DNA from: Eledone cirrhosa
Lineage: Eukaryota
Direction: 5' to 3'
NCBI GenBank assembly: GCA_964016885.1
Contig: CAXHJY010001655.1
Coordinates: 1 to 29,149, forward strand
DNA length: 29,149 bases
Of this stretch, positions 1 through 12,704 are shown piece after piece. The position numbers and the translations under genes are program-made. Under the pieces are notes generated by a model. It had not been told where the DNA came from and ran no database searches. It saw only the letters and a program-made list of their open reading frames with translations. Each line of letters starts with the position of its first letter. The stretch's first letter is position 1.

Positions 1-70
<70 letters not shown>
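1..70. repeat. (GA)n microsatellite
   Basis: Direct reading. Confidence 0.95.
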
Positions 71-71
<1 letters not shown>

Positions 72-74
72 ACA

Positions 75-360
75 GATTCTCTGTTGCTTTTGATGAGTAT
101 TCCTGCAGTGGTTTACTGAGCCACTTGTGGCTGGATATTCCAGAGATCCTTGTACCCTTAATCTATTTCCTAGGGAGGTTCAGCGTGTGGACCTTTGAAT
201 TACACGTACTTTATCCGTTGGTCTTTCACAATTTCCGTCTAGACAATTTCACTTAAAGTTAATCTGATGCTATAGTCAACAATGATTGTGCAAGAATCCA
301 TGAAGTTGGAACAAACAAGGGATGTCATGTTTGTGAATCGAACTTCTTAACCGCTCAGTA
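75..360 (-). mobile_element. Old tRNA-derived SINE, family B (CORE-like), degenerate
   Basis: Collinear similarity to 27946-28297 (acccttaat, ttcagcgtg, gctat, cttaacc). Confidence 0.6.
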
Positions 361-1259
361 GAGACACACTCACACACACACACACACAAACATACATACA
401 CACACACAAACATAACATACATACACATACACGCACAAATATACATCGTCAGAGATATACACATTCACACACATGCATATATACATAGATACTGAGAAAG
501 AGAAAGAGTGGAGAGATAAAGAGGAGAGAATGTGAGAGGGAAGAGGTAAGAAAGAGAGAGAAATGGAGATGAGAGAGTGAGAATAAGAGAGTGTGAAAGA
601 GAGAGAGAGAGAGAGTGTATGAGAGAGGGTGTAAGATAGAGAAGAAAATAGATTGAGACAGAGAGAAGGAAAGAGAGAACCACATACACAAAACACACAC
701 ACACACAGAACTCTCAGACTCACACACTATCTCTCACACCCACCCACGTCCTTCCTACACATATCTATATATACACACACTATTATAAATACAAAGAAAA
801 CTAATGCATTCTGCGTTCTGAAACTTCAGAATGATGGCGGTATTAGAGAGGATTTAGAATTCGTATTTTCTTTTTTCTTTTTTTTTACGCTTTCTGTTTT
901 CAAATATTTTTCACACATCTGTCTGCTTTAATACTTTCCAGCACTGAATGTGATGAGACTCACGTGAAACTTGAGCGAGACTTAGCAGCAAAGTGAAAAT
1001 CCAGCATAGATTAACAGCGATTTGGCATGAGGACTTACTGGGTATCTAATAGATTTGAGTTTGTTGGTGATAAATATTTAAATAGATGGGATAAGAAAAG
1101 AAATATAAACACAAGGAAAGAAAGAAAAAAGGAAGGAATGAAAAAGGAGAAGATGGTGAGAGGTGATTATTGTTTTTGATGGAGGCAGGAATGACTGGAG
1201 ATTATCGTCTCATTTTCATTCATTTCAATGGGAATCAGGTCCTTAACCAATCATACCAT

Positions 1260-1490
1260 ATATGTATGTATTTATATAGGTATGTATGTACGAATATATG
1301 TATGTATGTATGTATGCATGCATGTATGTATGTATGTATGTATGTATGTATGTATGTATGTATGTATGTATGTATGTATGTATGTATGTATGTATGAATG
1401 TATGTCTGTGTGTGTCTCTGTGTGTGCATGTATATGTGTGTGTATGGGTGTGAATGTGTGTGTGTCTGTGTGTGCGTGTGTGCACACAGA
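1260..1490. repeat. (TATG)n followed by degenerate (TG)n
   Basis: Direct reading. Confidence 0.95.
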
Positions 1491-1584
1491 GTAGAGCTAA
1501 GGTGCTATCTTATAAAGAGCGTTTTGACAGCAACATGTTGAAATAAACAGCGACATCATTTCATATATACATATGGAATGGGCC

Positions 1585-1738
1585 TCCGTCAGATTCGACG
1601 TTACGTGTTCTAGCTGTTCGATCAACTTAGCAGTGTGCTCGTGAAATTTACATGCAAATGGCAGAGCACTTCAATGTAATTCTCAGTGAGATTCAGCAGG
1701 ATATAATCTGTGGACAAGGCAGGCCATTTGGAATTACA
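1585..1738 (-). mobile_element. SINE family B fragment
   Basis: ttcgacg...gatcaac...gtaattctcag...gattca...gacaaggcag matches 27957-28110. Confidence 0.65.
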
Positions 1739-1750
1739 ACGCACACTCAC

Positions 1751-2394
<644 letters not shown>

Positions 2395-2506
2395 TTAGAT
2401 AAAATGAGCCAAGGGATATAATTGGAGAGAACTAATGGCATGGGTATAGATAATTTAGTTACAGTGTTGTGTACGGAATACCGTACTTAGGTGAATTCTT
2501 TCTCTT

Positions 2507-2700
2507 GGCTAATGGATTAGCAGAATCGTTAGAGTTCCGGATGAATTGCATCATAGTTTTTGCTTACGGCTCTTTACCTGCTGAGTTCCAGCTAAGACCT
2601 TCATCTTCCCGCAGTCGTTAAATTAAAGTACCAGTCAAGTCATGGCGTCGATTTACTTGATTTACCCTTTCACCCAAATTACTGGCCTAATGCTTAAATT
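2507..2700 (+). mobile_element. Old copy of tRNA-derived SINE family A
   Basis: ggattagcagaatcgttagag...ttacggctcttt...ctgagttc...ccttcatcttccc...taaagtaccag...ctggcct is collinear with the reverse complement of 21511-21696. Confidence 0.7.
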
Positions 2701-3014
2701 TATATATAAAAAAAACATTATATACTCGAGCTGATAAAACTAGAAGCCGAATAACACCCCAAGCAACAATTTATAAATGATATAGTCCTAGATACGATGT
2801 CTAAATAAATGATGTTTTATTTAGATTACAGGTTATTTGACTACAGCTTTCCATGTACAAGATTGACTTGGGGCGAAGGATCAACAAGATCATGCATAAC
2901 TAACGGTTATCGATGAGGATTTATAAGTAAGGAGTAACCATAGGTATTTTGAAATAGGGACAGCCCTCTTTGGATTTTAGTCTTCAAATTTATTATTATT
3001 ACTAATATATATAA

Positions 3015-3135
<121 letters not shown>

Positions 3136-3616
3136 GTAAAATCGTAAAATCGTAAAATGATATATTTACCAGTTACGCATTCTATATAATGTGTTTCCGA
3201 AAAAAAAAAGAAAAAAATATTGAAGAGAAAAATAAAGTTTTTAGAAAAGGTATTAAAATTCACTGACTTTATAGTAGATTTACATTTCACATTCTCTAGA
3301 ATATTCTGCAATAGCTCTCCAGAATACACAATCAGTATTTCATATGATACAGCCGGTAGGAGTCGTAAAAAAATGAGCTTTAAATGGAAAATCCATAAAT
3401 GAGTAGTACTTACCTAAAATAGAAAGAAAACAGAAAAAATAAAAGATCTGCAAGTTATGTTCAACAGTAGACTATAAATATATGAAAATATATGGATATA
3501 TATATATACACACAAACACATATATAGATACATATATGTATGTATGTATATATATATACACACACACACACACACATACATACATACATATATATGTATG
3601 TATATATACACGTATA

Positions 3617-3689
<73 letters not shown>

Positions 3690-3835
3690 GTTATATATGT
3701 ATACACGTTAAAATTATGAGGACCACAATTTATGACAAGTACTCTATACATTAAGTAGAGAGTAGAGACACATTCTTATAAAAGGAATGAGAACTAATCT
3801 TGTAAGCGTTATTAACTTGTTGAATGAATATATAC

Positions 3836-3885
<50 letters not shown>

Positions 3886-3892
<7 letters not shown>

Positions 3893-3938
3893 CTGGCCTT
3901 TCCTATTGATAATTATATATAGTTTATATATAAGTATA

Positions 3939-3975
<37 letters not shown>

Positions 3976-4659
3976 CACACACACACAAACACACACATAT
4001 ATATATATATATATATTATATGTGTGTGTGTGTGTGTGTATAAAATTATATAAATAAGTTTGATAGGTTTCGGCCAGTATTGGTCCAGGCCATGTCTAAC
4101 TTAATAGCACCACTGTATGTATGTGTGTGTGTTGATCAATGGAACCAAAATTGAAGATTGGTGCTGAATTAGTTCATTGTTTTGCGATCGTTTCAGAGGG
4201 TTGATTGATCATGATAAATCGCTAGAATGACTAATTATATTAGTCTCGATATTCCAAGTCCATCTCACTATCTTCTTCGAATCAAGAAAACCGTTATTTG
4301 ATGCAAATAACACATGATTTCGCCCTACCCTGGGCAGCGTGTATATTAGCTTTCTCTCTATCCATGAGGTTAGATGTGTAGTAAACAGAATCCACATTTG
4401 CTGACTGATGAACCTGTGGCTGTTAAACTGCACATTTCTGTGGCGAAACGAACTTAATTCGTATCAGCAAACTTATAGTTATAAGGTTAGTAATTTAAAA
4501 CTCTACTTCAGTAATTTGATTCTGATTTAGGTTTTTTTCCATTTAATTGCTAAACCTGTAGATATTGTTTTCTATACAGTAACGGTAAAAATCACTTGTA
4601 ATAATCCTTTACACACATTTCACTGTGTAACACACTTCTATTTGTGTAATATATTTGTA

Positions 4660-4690
<31 letters not shown>

Positions 4691-4820
4691 TTATTTATAC
4701 TTATATATAAACTATGTATAATTATAAATAGGAAAGGTCAGTATTTTTTATTTTTACCACCTTATTACCAGTATGAAAAATAGCTCAATGTAAATACATC
4801 AGATGTATTACAGAGCAGGA
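3886..4820 (+). mobile_element. PLE-type fold-back cassette: inverted arms 3886-3944 / 4689-4748 with internal HHR and right-hand tail
   Basis: aaaatactggcctttcctattgataattatatatagtttatatataagtataaataat is the reverse complement of 4689-4748 with few mismatches; HHR at 4397-4471 lies upstream of the right arm. Confidence 0.6.
4397..4471 (+). ncRNA. Type I hammerhead ribozyme
   Basis: Stem I UUUGCUGA/UCAGCAAA (8 bp), core CUGAUGA 4405-4411, irregular stem II, GAAA 4445-4448, stem III CGAA/UUCG, GUA cleavage triplet ending 4463. Confidence 0.8.
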
Positions 4821-4864
4821 ATATAAAGTACAGAACAATCAAATCTATGTTTAATATATTTTAT

Positions 4865-4911
4865 TGCTGACAATCGTTTCTTCCAAACAGCCGTTTGGAA
4901 TCATCGGAGCA
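4865..4911 (-). ncRNA. Minimal type I hammerhead, CCGAUGA core variant
   Basis: UGCU-CCGAUGA-UUCCAAAC(GGCU)GUUUGGAA-GAAAC-GAUU-GUC^AGCA. Confidence 0.75.
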
Positions 4912-5737
4912 TTGGCAAAGTTTAAACACATAACTAAATTCCTATTCTACAGAATAATAATAAAGATACGTTGATATTATTGTTGTTATCAATAGTGTCA
5001 TATTCAAAGAGAGTGATGATGTTGTGGTCTGTAGTAATGGGTATAATAAAGAGTATAAAAGAAGGTTACTCACAAATGATGACATTAATGGTACATAGGC
5101 ATATAGACAGTAAGAATGCAGAGGTATTAGGCATATACAGAGTAATATGGTAAAGAAAGCAAAGGTATTAAGCATATACAGCATAATATGACAAAGATAT
5201 CACAACATATATGTGTAATAGGATGAAGATATTAAGCAGTCAGGAATGCATGGGTAGAATATTAGGTGAAAATTGTGAAGCAACTTGTGTTTCGTTGATG
5301 CATGCGTTGAGAGTGGATCAGATAAATAATTAAATTAAACAATCCCACCAGAAGTAAAGCTGTTGTGTAGCACAAAAAATGTTATGTACTATTAAGATAT
5401 ATATATATATATGTAGCGAGATAATTATATTTAAAACAGTTTCTATGTGAGTTTATGGTGGATGTAAAGTGATAATTGTTTTGTTAATGTTTAAATGTAG
5501 ATGTATTGTGAGTATTAATATTGAGGTTTCTTTTTCCATATCATTGGTTATATTTAATAAATATTTAAAAATAATATTTAAATAGATACAATTATGGATT
5601 GTATATTGCCCTTATTATAATCCGATTAAGGATTAAAGTTGTTCTGAAGTGATCTCTTTTATATAGTCAGATGTTAATTTTTCGAGCTGGTGTTGTTTTG
5701 CTAAATGGAGCTAATGGGAAAGGGGAGGTAATTGAAG

Positions 5738-6426
5738 ATTTATTTATGTATAACAGAAAAATATATAATCTAGAGTTAGTTGTTTATATATCCTATTAAT
5801 TAAATTCTATGTGTTAATATACATTATATTATATTATAAGTGAATCGTTATATAATGCTATTTATTTTTATATTTATTTTATATATAATCTGTTTTTTAT
5901 ATAATATTTAAAGTTCCCAATTATCCACTACTTACTTATATATTAATTAAATGAGTAAAATATTAGTAAGGAAGATAATATAGTTATATTAATTGGTGGT
6001 AAATGTATGTTTATTCTCTATAGTTATTATTGAGTATAGGATCTGAAATAAATAGGAGATAAATGAAGGAATGAGTTGATACAAAAATGTGATGATGTGG
6101 AGATATTTTATGCTGATAAAACCAAGAGGTAAAGAGTTAACGGTGGTGAGGAATCTAGATCTGACATTGTTTTATATTAGCAGCTAGGTTTAAAATTGTG
6201 GAAAGAGTGTCGGTGGTAGTGTTGACACGTGGAAAAAATTTCTGATTTTCTATTTAAAAGGTCTAGCTTAGAATAGATTATAGTGCGAGACTATACAAAT
6301 AAATAGCATTAAATAAGGATTCACTTATAATATAATATAATGTATATTAACACATAGAATTTAATTAATAGGATATATAAACAACTAACACTAGATTATA
6401 TATTTTTCTGTTATACATAAATAAAT
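5738..6426 (-). mobile_element. Nested PLE 3' end with inverted arms 5738-5867 / 6297-6426
   Basis: About 130-bp arms; minus strand 6177-6265 reads DLLNRKSEIFSTCQHYHRHSFHNFKPSC*, like the LN-x2-E-x3-C-x-H C-terminus of PLE endonucleases. Confidence 0.75.
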
Positions 6427-6475
6427 TAGCTCCCTTCAGTGAAGATCTCCAATCACTTCTTTGAACTTTGCCAAC

Positions 6476-6520
6476 GCTCCGATGATTCCAAACGGCTGTT
6501 TGGAAGAAACAATTGTCAGC
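6476..6520 (+). ncRNA. Minimal type I hammerhead, CCGAUGA core variant
   Basis: GCU-CCGAUGA-UUCCAAAC(GGCU)GUUUGGAA-GAAAC-AAUU-GUC^AGC; inverted copy of 4865-4911. Confidence 0.7.
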
Positions 6521-6577
6521 AATAAAATGTATTAAACATAGATTTGATTGTTCTGTACTTTATATATATATATATAT

Positions 6578-6826
6578 AAAAGTGACACAGAGGAGACTGA
6601 GGTTAGCTGGACATGCTCACCGACATCCAGAGTTGACATTGCACTCAGTGCTCCTTTGGGAGCCCCTACATGGACACACTAGAAGAGGAAGACCAAGGTT
6701 AACGTATGTTGATGCCCTAAGGACAGACACTGGTCTGTTGGAGATGCAGGACATGGCAGCGATAATGAGGGACAGAGACCGCTGGAGAGAACTCGTCCAT
6801 GGATCTCGGGAATTTTACCCGCCTTA

Positions 6827-6827
<1 letters not shown>
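6578..6827 (+). mobile_element. 5'-truncated RTE-type LINE 3' end
   Basis: QRRLRLAGHAHRHPE...LLWEPLHGHTRRGRPRLTYVD...DRDRWRELV is the typical RTE-clade ORF C-terminus; flanked by (TA)n. Confidence 0.85.
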
Positions 6828-6868
<41 letters not shown>

Positions 6869-7008
6869 TAAAATAACAGATTAAAGTTTAAGCAAAGAAT
6901 CGCTGCTTTCACCCTTAACTCTACGGTTCTTATATATTTGATATATATTTATCCTTATCGAGCCCTCTTTGGATTTTAGTCTTCAAATTTATTATTATTA
7001 TTATTATT

Positions 7009-7334
7009 GTTCTTTGAGTCTCAGTCATTGATGTTAGTTAACTGGAAAGTTTGTTGAAATGAATATCAAGCCACTACCTGCAGCCTCAGATATTCAGGAC
7101 GTATCGGAGGGTTCTTGCTGTTCCCAGCAAGCATGCTTTTTGAAGCGTTCCAAATAGCGTGGCGGGGCAATTTTCTTTAACCATCCCGGGAAACTTTTTG
7201 AGATAGTACCTAGTGCGCCTATGACAATCGGGACCACTTTGACTTAATGGCAGTTTCAAATCCTTTTTACCTCCCACTTTAAGTCCTGGTATCGGTTAAT
7301 TTTCTCCCTCTCCTTCTCTTGCACTCTCGTGTCG
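7009..7334 (-). mobile_element. 5'-truncated R4/Dong-like non-LTR retrotransposon (restriction-like endonuclease C-terminus)
   Basis: DTRVQEKEREKINRYQDLKWEVKRI and, after a frameshift, LQKACLLGTARTLRYVL*; (TAA)n on both flanks. Confidence 0.8.
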
Positions 7335-7381
<47 letters not shown>

Positions 7382-7587
7382 TATATGATGGTTGTTTGTG
7401 TTTTCCGTGCAAATCCAAGATCTTGTATGTATATACATTATGGAGTCGAAGGGGGCGTCATTATGATTTACAGTGTATCTTGGACTCTTTAAATATTGTG
7501 AAGCTCATGCCTTCTCCATGCCTGAAATGAGCATTCATTTTCTCGGAGAGAGAGAGAGAGGGGGAGAGAGAGATGACCAATCGACCC

Positions 7588-7738
7588 ACATTAGTGAACT
7601 GGTATATTTTGATAATGACCTCCAAAGCATGAAAGTTGATCTCAACAGCAATTAAATTCAGGTGGCGCAGAAAGCCAGAACGGAATATCGCAAAGTATTG
7701 TATCTGGTGCTGTAACGACACTGCCAATTCGCTGTCTA
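7588..7738 (-). mobile_element. Old SINE family A copy
   Basis: actggtatatttt...gcatgaaagttgatctc...ctgccaattcgctg is collinear with the younger copies. Confidence 0.55.
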
Positions 7739-7798
7739 GTTCATTTTTTGTGGAGCTACAAATCAAGAGTCTCATCTACAAATGTATGTTTTCACGTA

Positions 7799-7970
7799 AT
7801 AATTGTTTCTACTATGGCACAAGGCCAGCAATTACCCAGTACATTACTGGTACTTTATTTTATCGACCCCGTAAGGATGAAAGGCAAAGTTAACCTTGGC
7901 GGGATTTGAACTCAGAATGGAAGAGCCGTAACTTTATGCATCAAAGCATGGCGTCCGACCCTCTACCGAT
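7799..7970 (-). mobile_element. SINE family A (tRNA head, Meta-like central domain)
   Basis: Highly similar to 10648, 21511 and 28358 copies: tgtttctact..ggcacaaggccagcaat..tatcgaccccgtaaggatgaaaggcaaagttaacc..atttgaactcag. Confidence 0.9.
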
Positions 7971-8322
7971 ATAATATCATTCCTATCATACAAATTCAAT
8001 CTGCAAGGGTAACAATGGAAATATACAAGACATTTCTAAAATCCATGATATTAGTCTATACAGTGCTTGGTGTAAACAATCAGATGATAAAGCTTAGTTC
8101 CTTAGCTAGAAACCAATCGCTTCTTTATTGGAAAAATCTAAATAATGAATAAGGATACACACACACACCACACACAGACGCACAAAACACACACATTATA
8201 TAACAGTAATACACAAACAATGATCTGAGGAAGGTATCTATATAGATAAGCTACAGTTACATATATCTACTCATGTATAAATATATACATATATTCACAT
8301 GCATATATACATATATACACAT

Positions 8323-8370
<48 letters not shown>

Positions 8371-8388
8371 TATATATATATATATTAT

Positions 8389-8420
<32 letters not shown>

Positions 8421-8422
8421 TA

Positions 8423-8466
<44 letters not shown>

Positions 8467-8467
8467 A

Positions 8468-8498
<31 letters not shown>

Positions 8499-8511
8499 AT
8501 ACATACATATA

Positions 8512-8542
<31 letters not shown>

Positions 8543-8545
8543 CAT

Positions 8546-8667
<122 letters not shown>

Positions 8668-8744
8668 ATATATATATATATAATATATATATATATAATA
8701 TATGCATATATAATATATATATATATATAGTATATATATAATAC

Positions 8745-9090
8745 GGCTTGACTGATAGGGTTTATATATAGGTGCACTGTAACTAGCCACAATAGGGTTA
8801 AACATTATATAGGAGCTACCTCCGGTCCGTTCAAAATTAGATTTCGAACACATCTCCACTCTTTCACAAATAGAAATTAAGACACTCCACTTCGCTCGCG
8901 GACTACATCACATCATTAAAAGACTTAAACATCAGCTTCTCCATGCACTGGGATATTGTCGGCAGGGCTGCACCGTACAACTTCAAGAGGAAGTGCGATC
9001 TTTGCCTCATGAAGCTCTACCACATCATAACTGCATCCTACGAGCTCATCAACAGCAGACCTGAAACGACGATAAGTTGTACACTTCGCT
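8745..9090 (+). pseudogene. GIY-YIG endonuclease domain of a Penelope-like retroelement (frameshifted)
   Basis: IYRCTVTSHNRVKHYIGATSGPFKIRFRTHLHSF / HSTSLADYITSLKD...WDIVGRAAPYN...KCDLCL...LINSRPE...SC. Confidence 0.9.
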
Positions 9091-9507
9091 TAAAAATATC
9101 TTCTCCAGATGGGTTAAGGATGAGGAGTGAAGCCGTGTACTGGGTCTGCATGCAACAAGCTTTAACACCCCGGTGGGCAGGCGCTGCAAAAAAACATCCA
9201 GGAAACTAACCATGCATCCTAGACCCAGCTTAAAACGACCCAGGCGAGCAGGTGCGGAAAAACAAACGTCTCAAAATAAACGTTGATTACCTGACCCTGT
9301 GCGTATCAACAATGGTAAGGTTGTAACCACATCTTGTAACGGATAAAAAATTTGTCCGGGAAAGACTGCCCTAACACCGGCCAGAGTTACCTCCCTTGAC
9401 CTACTGCAAAATCAAAACACGCTTTTTTTGCGAAGAATGAATTATGACTTGAACTTAACCCCCAAAACACTTTCCGAGCAATGTAAGGAACACTTTTGGT
9501 TATTTAT

Positions 9508-9547
9508 GCCCTTGACAAGCCCAACTGGGCGAAACGTACGTAGGTGC
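9508..9547 (+). ncRNA. Minimal type I hammerhead with U3/A8 core (UUGACAA) in the PLE 3' region
   Basis: GCCC-UUGACAA-GCCC(AACU)GGGC-GAAAC-GUAC-GUA^GGUGC; palindromic stem III ACGUACGU; stem I short with one bulge. Confidence 0.7.
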
Positions 9548-9600
9548 TGTTTTAAATAAACATGTATTAATGGTTTGTTCTCCGATTTCTTACTTTTCCA

Positions 9601-9655
<55 letters not shown>

Positions 9656-9778
9656 TAAAGAGTTAAACAAGATTCAATGAGTATATCAAAGAATGAGTTT
9701 TACAGTAGATTGACTACCTTGATTAAATCTTAACCATTTAACATCTCAGGGTATGTCATGTATCATTATATTTTGTCT

Positions 9779-9799
9779 CTTGTGCCAAAAGTAGAAACA
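9779..9799 (+). mobile_element. 21-bp SINE family A 3' tail with 14-bp target-site duplication
   Basis: cttgtgccaaaagtagaaaca equals the SINE A 3' end; attatattttgtct at 9765-9778 and 9800-9813. Confidence 0.8.
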
Positions 9800-9863
9800 A
9801 TTATATTTTGTCTGATGAGGACGTACTGCTGTACATCCGAAATATGTATAATAAAATGTAATT
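9799..9863 (+). ncRNA. Minimal type I hammerhead ribozyme
   Basis: Stem I AAUUAUAUUUUGU/AUAAAAUGUAAUU (13 bp with 2 GU), CUGAUGA 9812-9818, stem II GGACGUAC/GUACAUCC, GAAA-U-AUGU-AUA^ (9850). Confidence 0.85.
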
Positions 9864-9914
9864 GATCAAAAGAACATCTATTTTATTAATATTTGTATTT
9901 TAATATATATATAA

Positions 9915-10026
<112 letters not shown>

Positions 10027-10339
10027 GCATGTGTATATATGTATATATGTATATATGCATGTGTATATATGTATATATTTATACATGAGTAGATACATGT
10101 AACTGTAGCTTATCTATATAAATACCTTCCTCGGATCATTGTTTGTGTATTACTGTTATATAATATGTTCGTGTTTGCGTGTGTGTGTGTGTATATATAT
10201 ATATATGAAATAATAATATGAATAATATAATTTAACTCTTATTAATACGACTACCTTCAATGGCAAATATATATATGTGTGTATAGTAGTGAAAGAGTGA
10301 AGAATAATATGGTCGGCTGTACAAAAAGGGTTTTATTTA

Positions 10340-10454
10340 CAGTATTAACAATTGTTTCATTGATCAGGTGAGTCTAAAGGCCGATAATCACTCGAAATTG
10401 CGTCACTCGACCTTAAATACGGTGTGTGTTTCTGATCAAATCATCGGAATACTG
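10340..10454 (-). ncRNA. Type I hammerhead with CCGAUGA core and 64-nt loop II
   Basis: CAGUAUU-CCGAUGA-UUUGAUCAG[64 nt]CUGAUCAAU-GAAAC-AAUU-GUU^AAUACUG; 7-bp stem I and 8-bp stem II. Confidence 0.8.
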
Positions 10455-10647
10455 GAGGGTGTAACACATGGCATTGCTATATATAGATACATTGGAGAAT
10501 CAAGTGAATGAAAACAATAACATCAATAAGAAAAGATAATAATAAAGAAATAAAAATGAAAATGATAAAGATGTAAAAAATAGTTAAAAATAAGTACAAA
10601 ATACGATTACTGATAATAGTAGTGGTGGTGATGGTAGTTGAAGTTAT

Positions 10648-10803
10648 AATTGTTTCTACTTTTGGCACAAGGCCAGCAATTGTTCCAGTGTATTACTGGT
10701 ACTTTATTTTATCGACCCCGTAAGGATGAAAGGCAAAGTTAACCTCGGTGGGATTTGAACTCAGATCATAAAGGGCCGTAACTCTTTGCTCTATACTGCC
10801 AAT
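10648..10803 (-). mobile_element. SINE family A, internal deletion in head
   Basis: Near-identical to 21511-21696 over the first 135 bp. Confidence 0.9.
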
Positions 10804-10829
10804 TATAATGGTGAGTAAGTGGGCGTGTG

Positions 10830-11415
10830 AAATAGTGATGACAGTAAAGATAACAATAACACGAAAAGAAATACGAAATACATGATATGTAGTTTATAGT
10901 GTTTATAGAGTTTATAAGTTGGCGAAATAAAATAAAATTGTAAGGGGTACAATGAAATATCAGAGGATTAAAGTTTAAAATAAAAATAGAAAGTGATAGA
11001 GAGAGAGAGAAAGAGATAAGGAACAGGAGACAGAAAATGAGAATAAGGATTCGAGGATGAGACATAAAGGGTAGGACTAAAGATGGGGAGGCAGTAGATA
11101 GATAGATAGAGAATAAAAAGTGAAAGGGCGGTGATGATATATGGGTGATTAAGTTCTGGTAGACCGATTGTTTCATCTTAATGGAGGTGATGCGTCTATA
11201 GAAAGAGAGAGTGAAAAAAAGGTTGGGAGATTCATGATGTTGATTTAATGATCGGTTGGTCGGTTGACAGCTAATAATAGTGGAGTGGTGTGAAGCTAGT
11301 ACATTAAAATCCGGGTGGATTTGACTGAATTCTGAGATTGCTGGATCGAATCATGCCGGTTGTGGTTTAAAGTTAGAGAACTTCGTGGCTGCTTTGTGCC
11401 TACAGAAAATTGTTC
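10830..11415 (-). mobile_element. Probable PLE 3' end (ORF C-terminus plus CT-rich 3' region)
   Basis: 11351-11415 reads TIFCRHKAATKFSNFKPQPA*, resembling TCQHYHRHSFHNFKP at 6177-6235; only a GAAAC-AAUCG-GUC remnant near 11160-11175. Confidence 0.45.
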
Positions 11416-11674
11416 GCTCTATTTGTATATATGTATAATTATCAATCAATTATAAATAATTAAATTATATTGTTTTTTTTTCTTTAAGTATTGCTTTCAG
11501 CGAATTGTCTTCCCTCACCATTTCATCCATTTAGTCGCCTGTGGACATTTTGTTTTTATATTTTTATGTCAGGTTCGCCATTGTTATCAAACCTATAGAC
11601 TTTCATTTATACACACTTGTAACTTTAAATGTAGATAAATACCATGTCTGTCATGTACACACACACACACACAC

Positions 11675-12482
11675 ACTAGCTTCGTTCCTGTTCATATTAA
11701 CACTCGACTATCCAATGAGAGAAGCTATCATGCTTATCAAACAGGATTCACACTATATCCTCGACGTAGCACTTGGCACCCTGAAATAACAATAACTGAT
11801 ATTGATTTTCGAAAAAGTAGAGCTGTTGTTGCAGAGAGTGGAATGGGCTGTTGAAACAATTCGACTTCAGTATGAAGAAGACTGTTCACCACCAATCTGC
11901 ATGCAACCAGAAAGAGAGTTATATTGTGTCACAAAAAGAAAATTACCTAAAAAGAGTTGAGGATTTCAGGTATCTTGGTTCGTGGATCAACATCTCAGAA
12001 AAAGTCATGAACACCAGAATTAACTTAGTCTGGACAGTTGCAAACACAATGGATGTAATCTGGGAATCAAACTTGAACACCAAACTAAATGTTAAGCTCC
12101 TTGATCAACAGTTGAAAGTCTGGGTGTGTATAGAGCGGAATGCAGGACACTCGCATAAGAAATGGAAAGAATGTTAGATAGCACATATACAACACTACTG
12201 AAGAGAGTGAAAAATATACCTTGATGGGAAGTTTCTATACAGCGACTTGAGGCAGATTACATACATCATAAAGGCGAGAAGACTCGGTCTGATGGGTCAC
12301 GTATGGCGAATAGATCAGGCAGAGGTATTACACCTGTTACAGACATGGGAACCCACACATGATAGACAACAAGAGATCAGCCTCATGCTACGTTTCCAGA
12401 GAGGGTTTCAAAAGGCACAAATCTTAGAAAGAATGAATTCGCGGAAGCCATGCTGGATAAGGACAAGTGGAGACCCGACATG
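11675..12482 (+). mobile_element. Degenerate RTE-type LINE (RT C-terminal half to ORF end)
   Basis: [69 protein letters not shown] in shifting frames. Confidence 0.85.
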
Positions 12483-12494
12483 ATAATGAGAATG

Positions 12495-12574
<80 letters not shown>

Positions 12575-12603
12575 GAATATATATATATGTATATATATAC
12601 ATG

Positions 12604-12704
<101 letters not shown>

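Larger units (their letters stand above)
4821..6565 (-). mobile_element. Penelope-like element 3' remnant with HHR-bearing inverted termini (4821-4925 / 6460-6565)
   Basis: About 105-bp inverted arms, each with an HHR; minus strand 5270-5600 has decayed GIY-YIG-like peptides in shifting frames (NTHNTSTFKH, LSLYIHHKL, KHKLLHNF). Confidence 0.7.

Noticed and set aside
2904-2966. Decayed HHR ggtta-tcgatga-ggat...atttt-gaaa-taggga-cagcc
   Set aside because: The cleavage UH is lost and stems are weak; likely a remnant but not supportable as a feature
10370-10408. Possible opposite-strand HHR inside loop II (gagt-ctaaagg...gaaattgcgtc-actc)
   Set aside because: The core has two substitutions and there is no clear stem II
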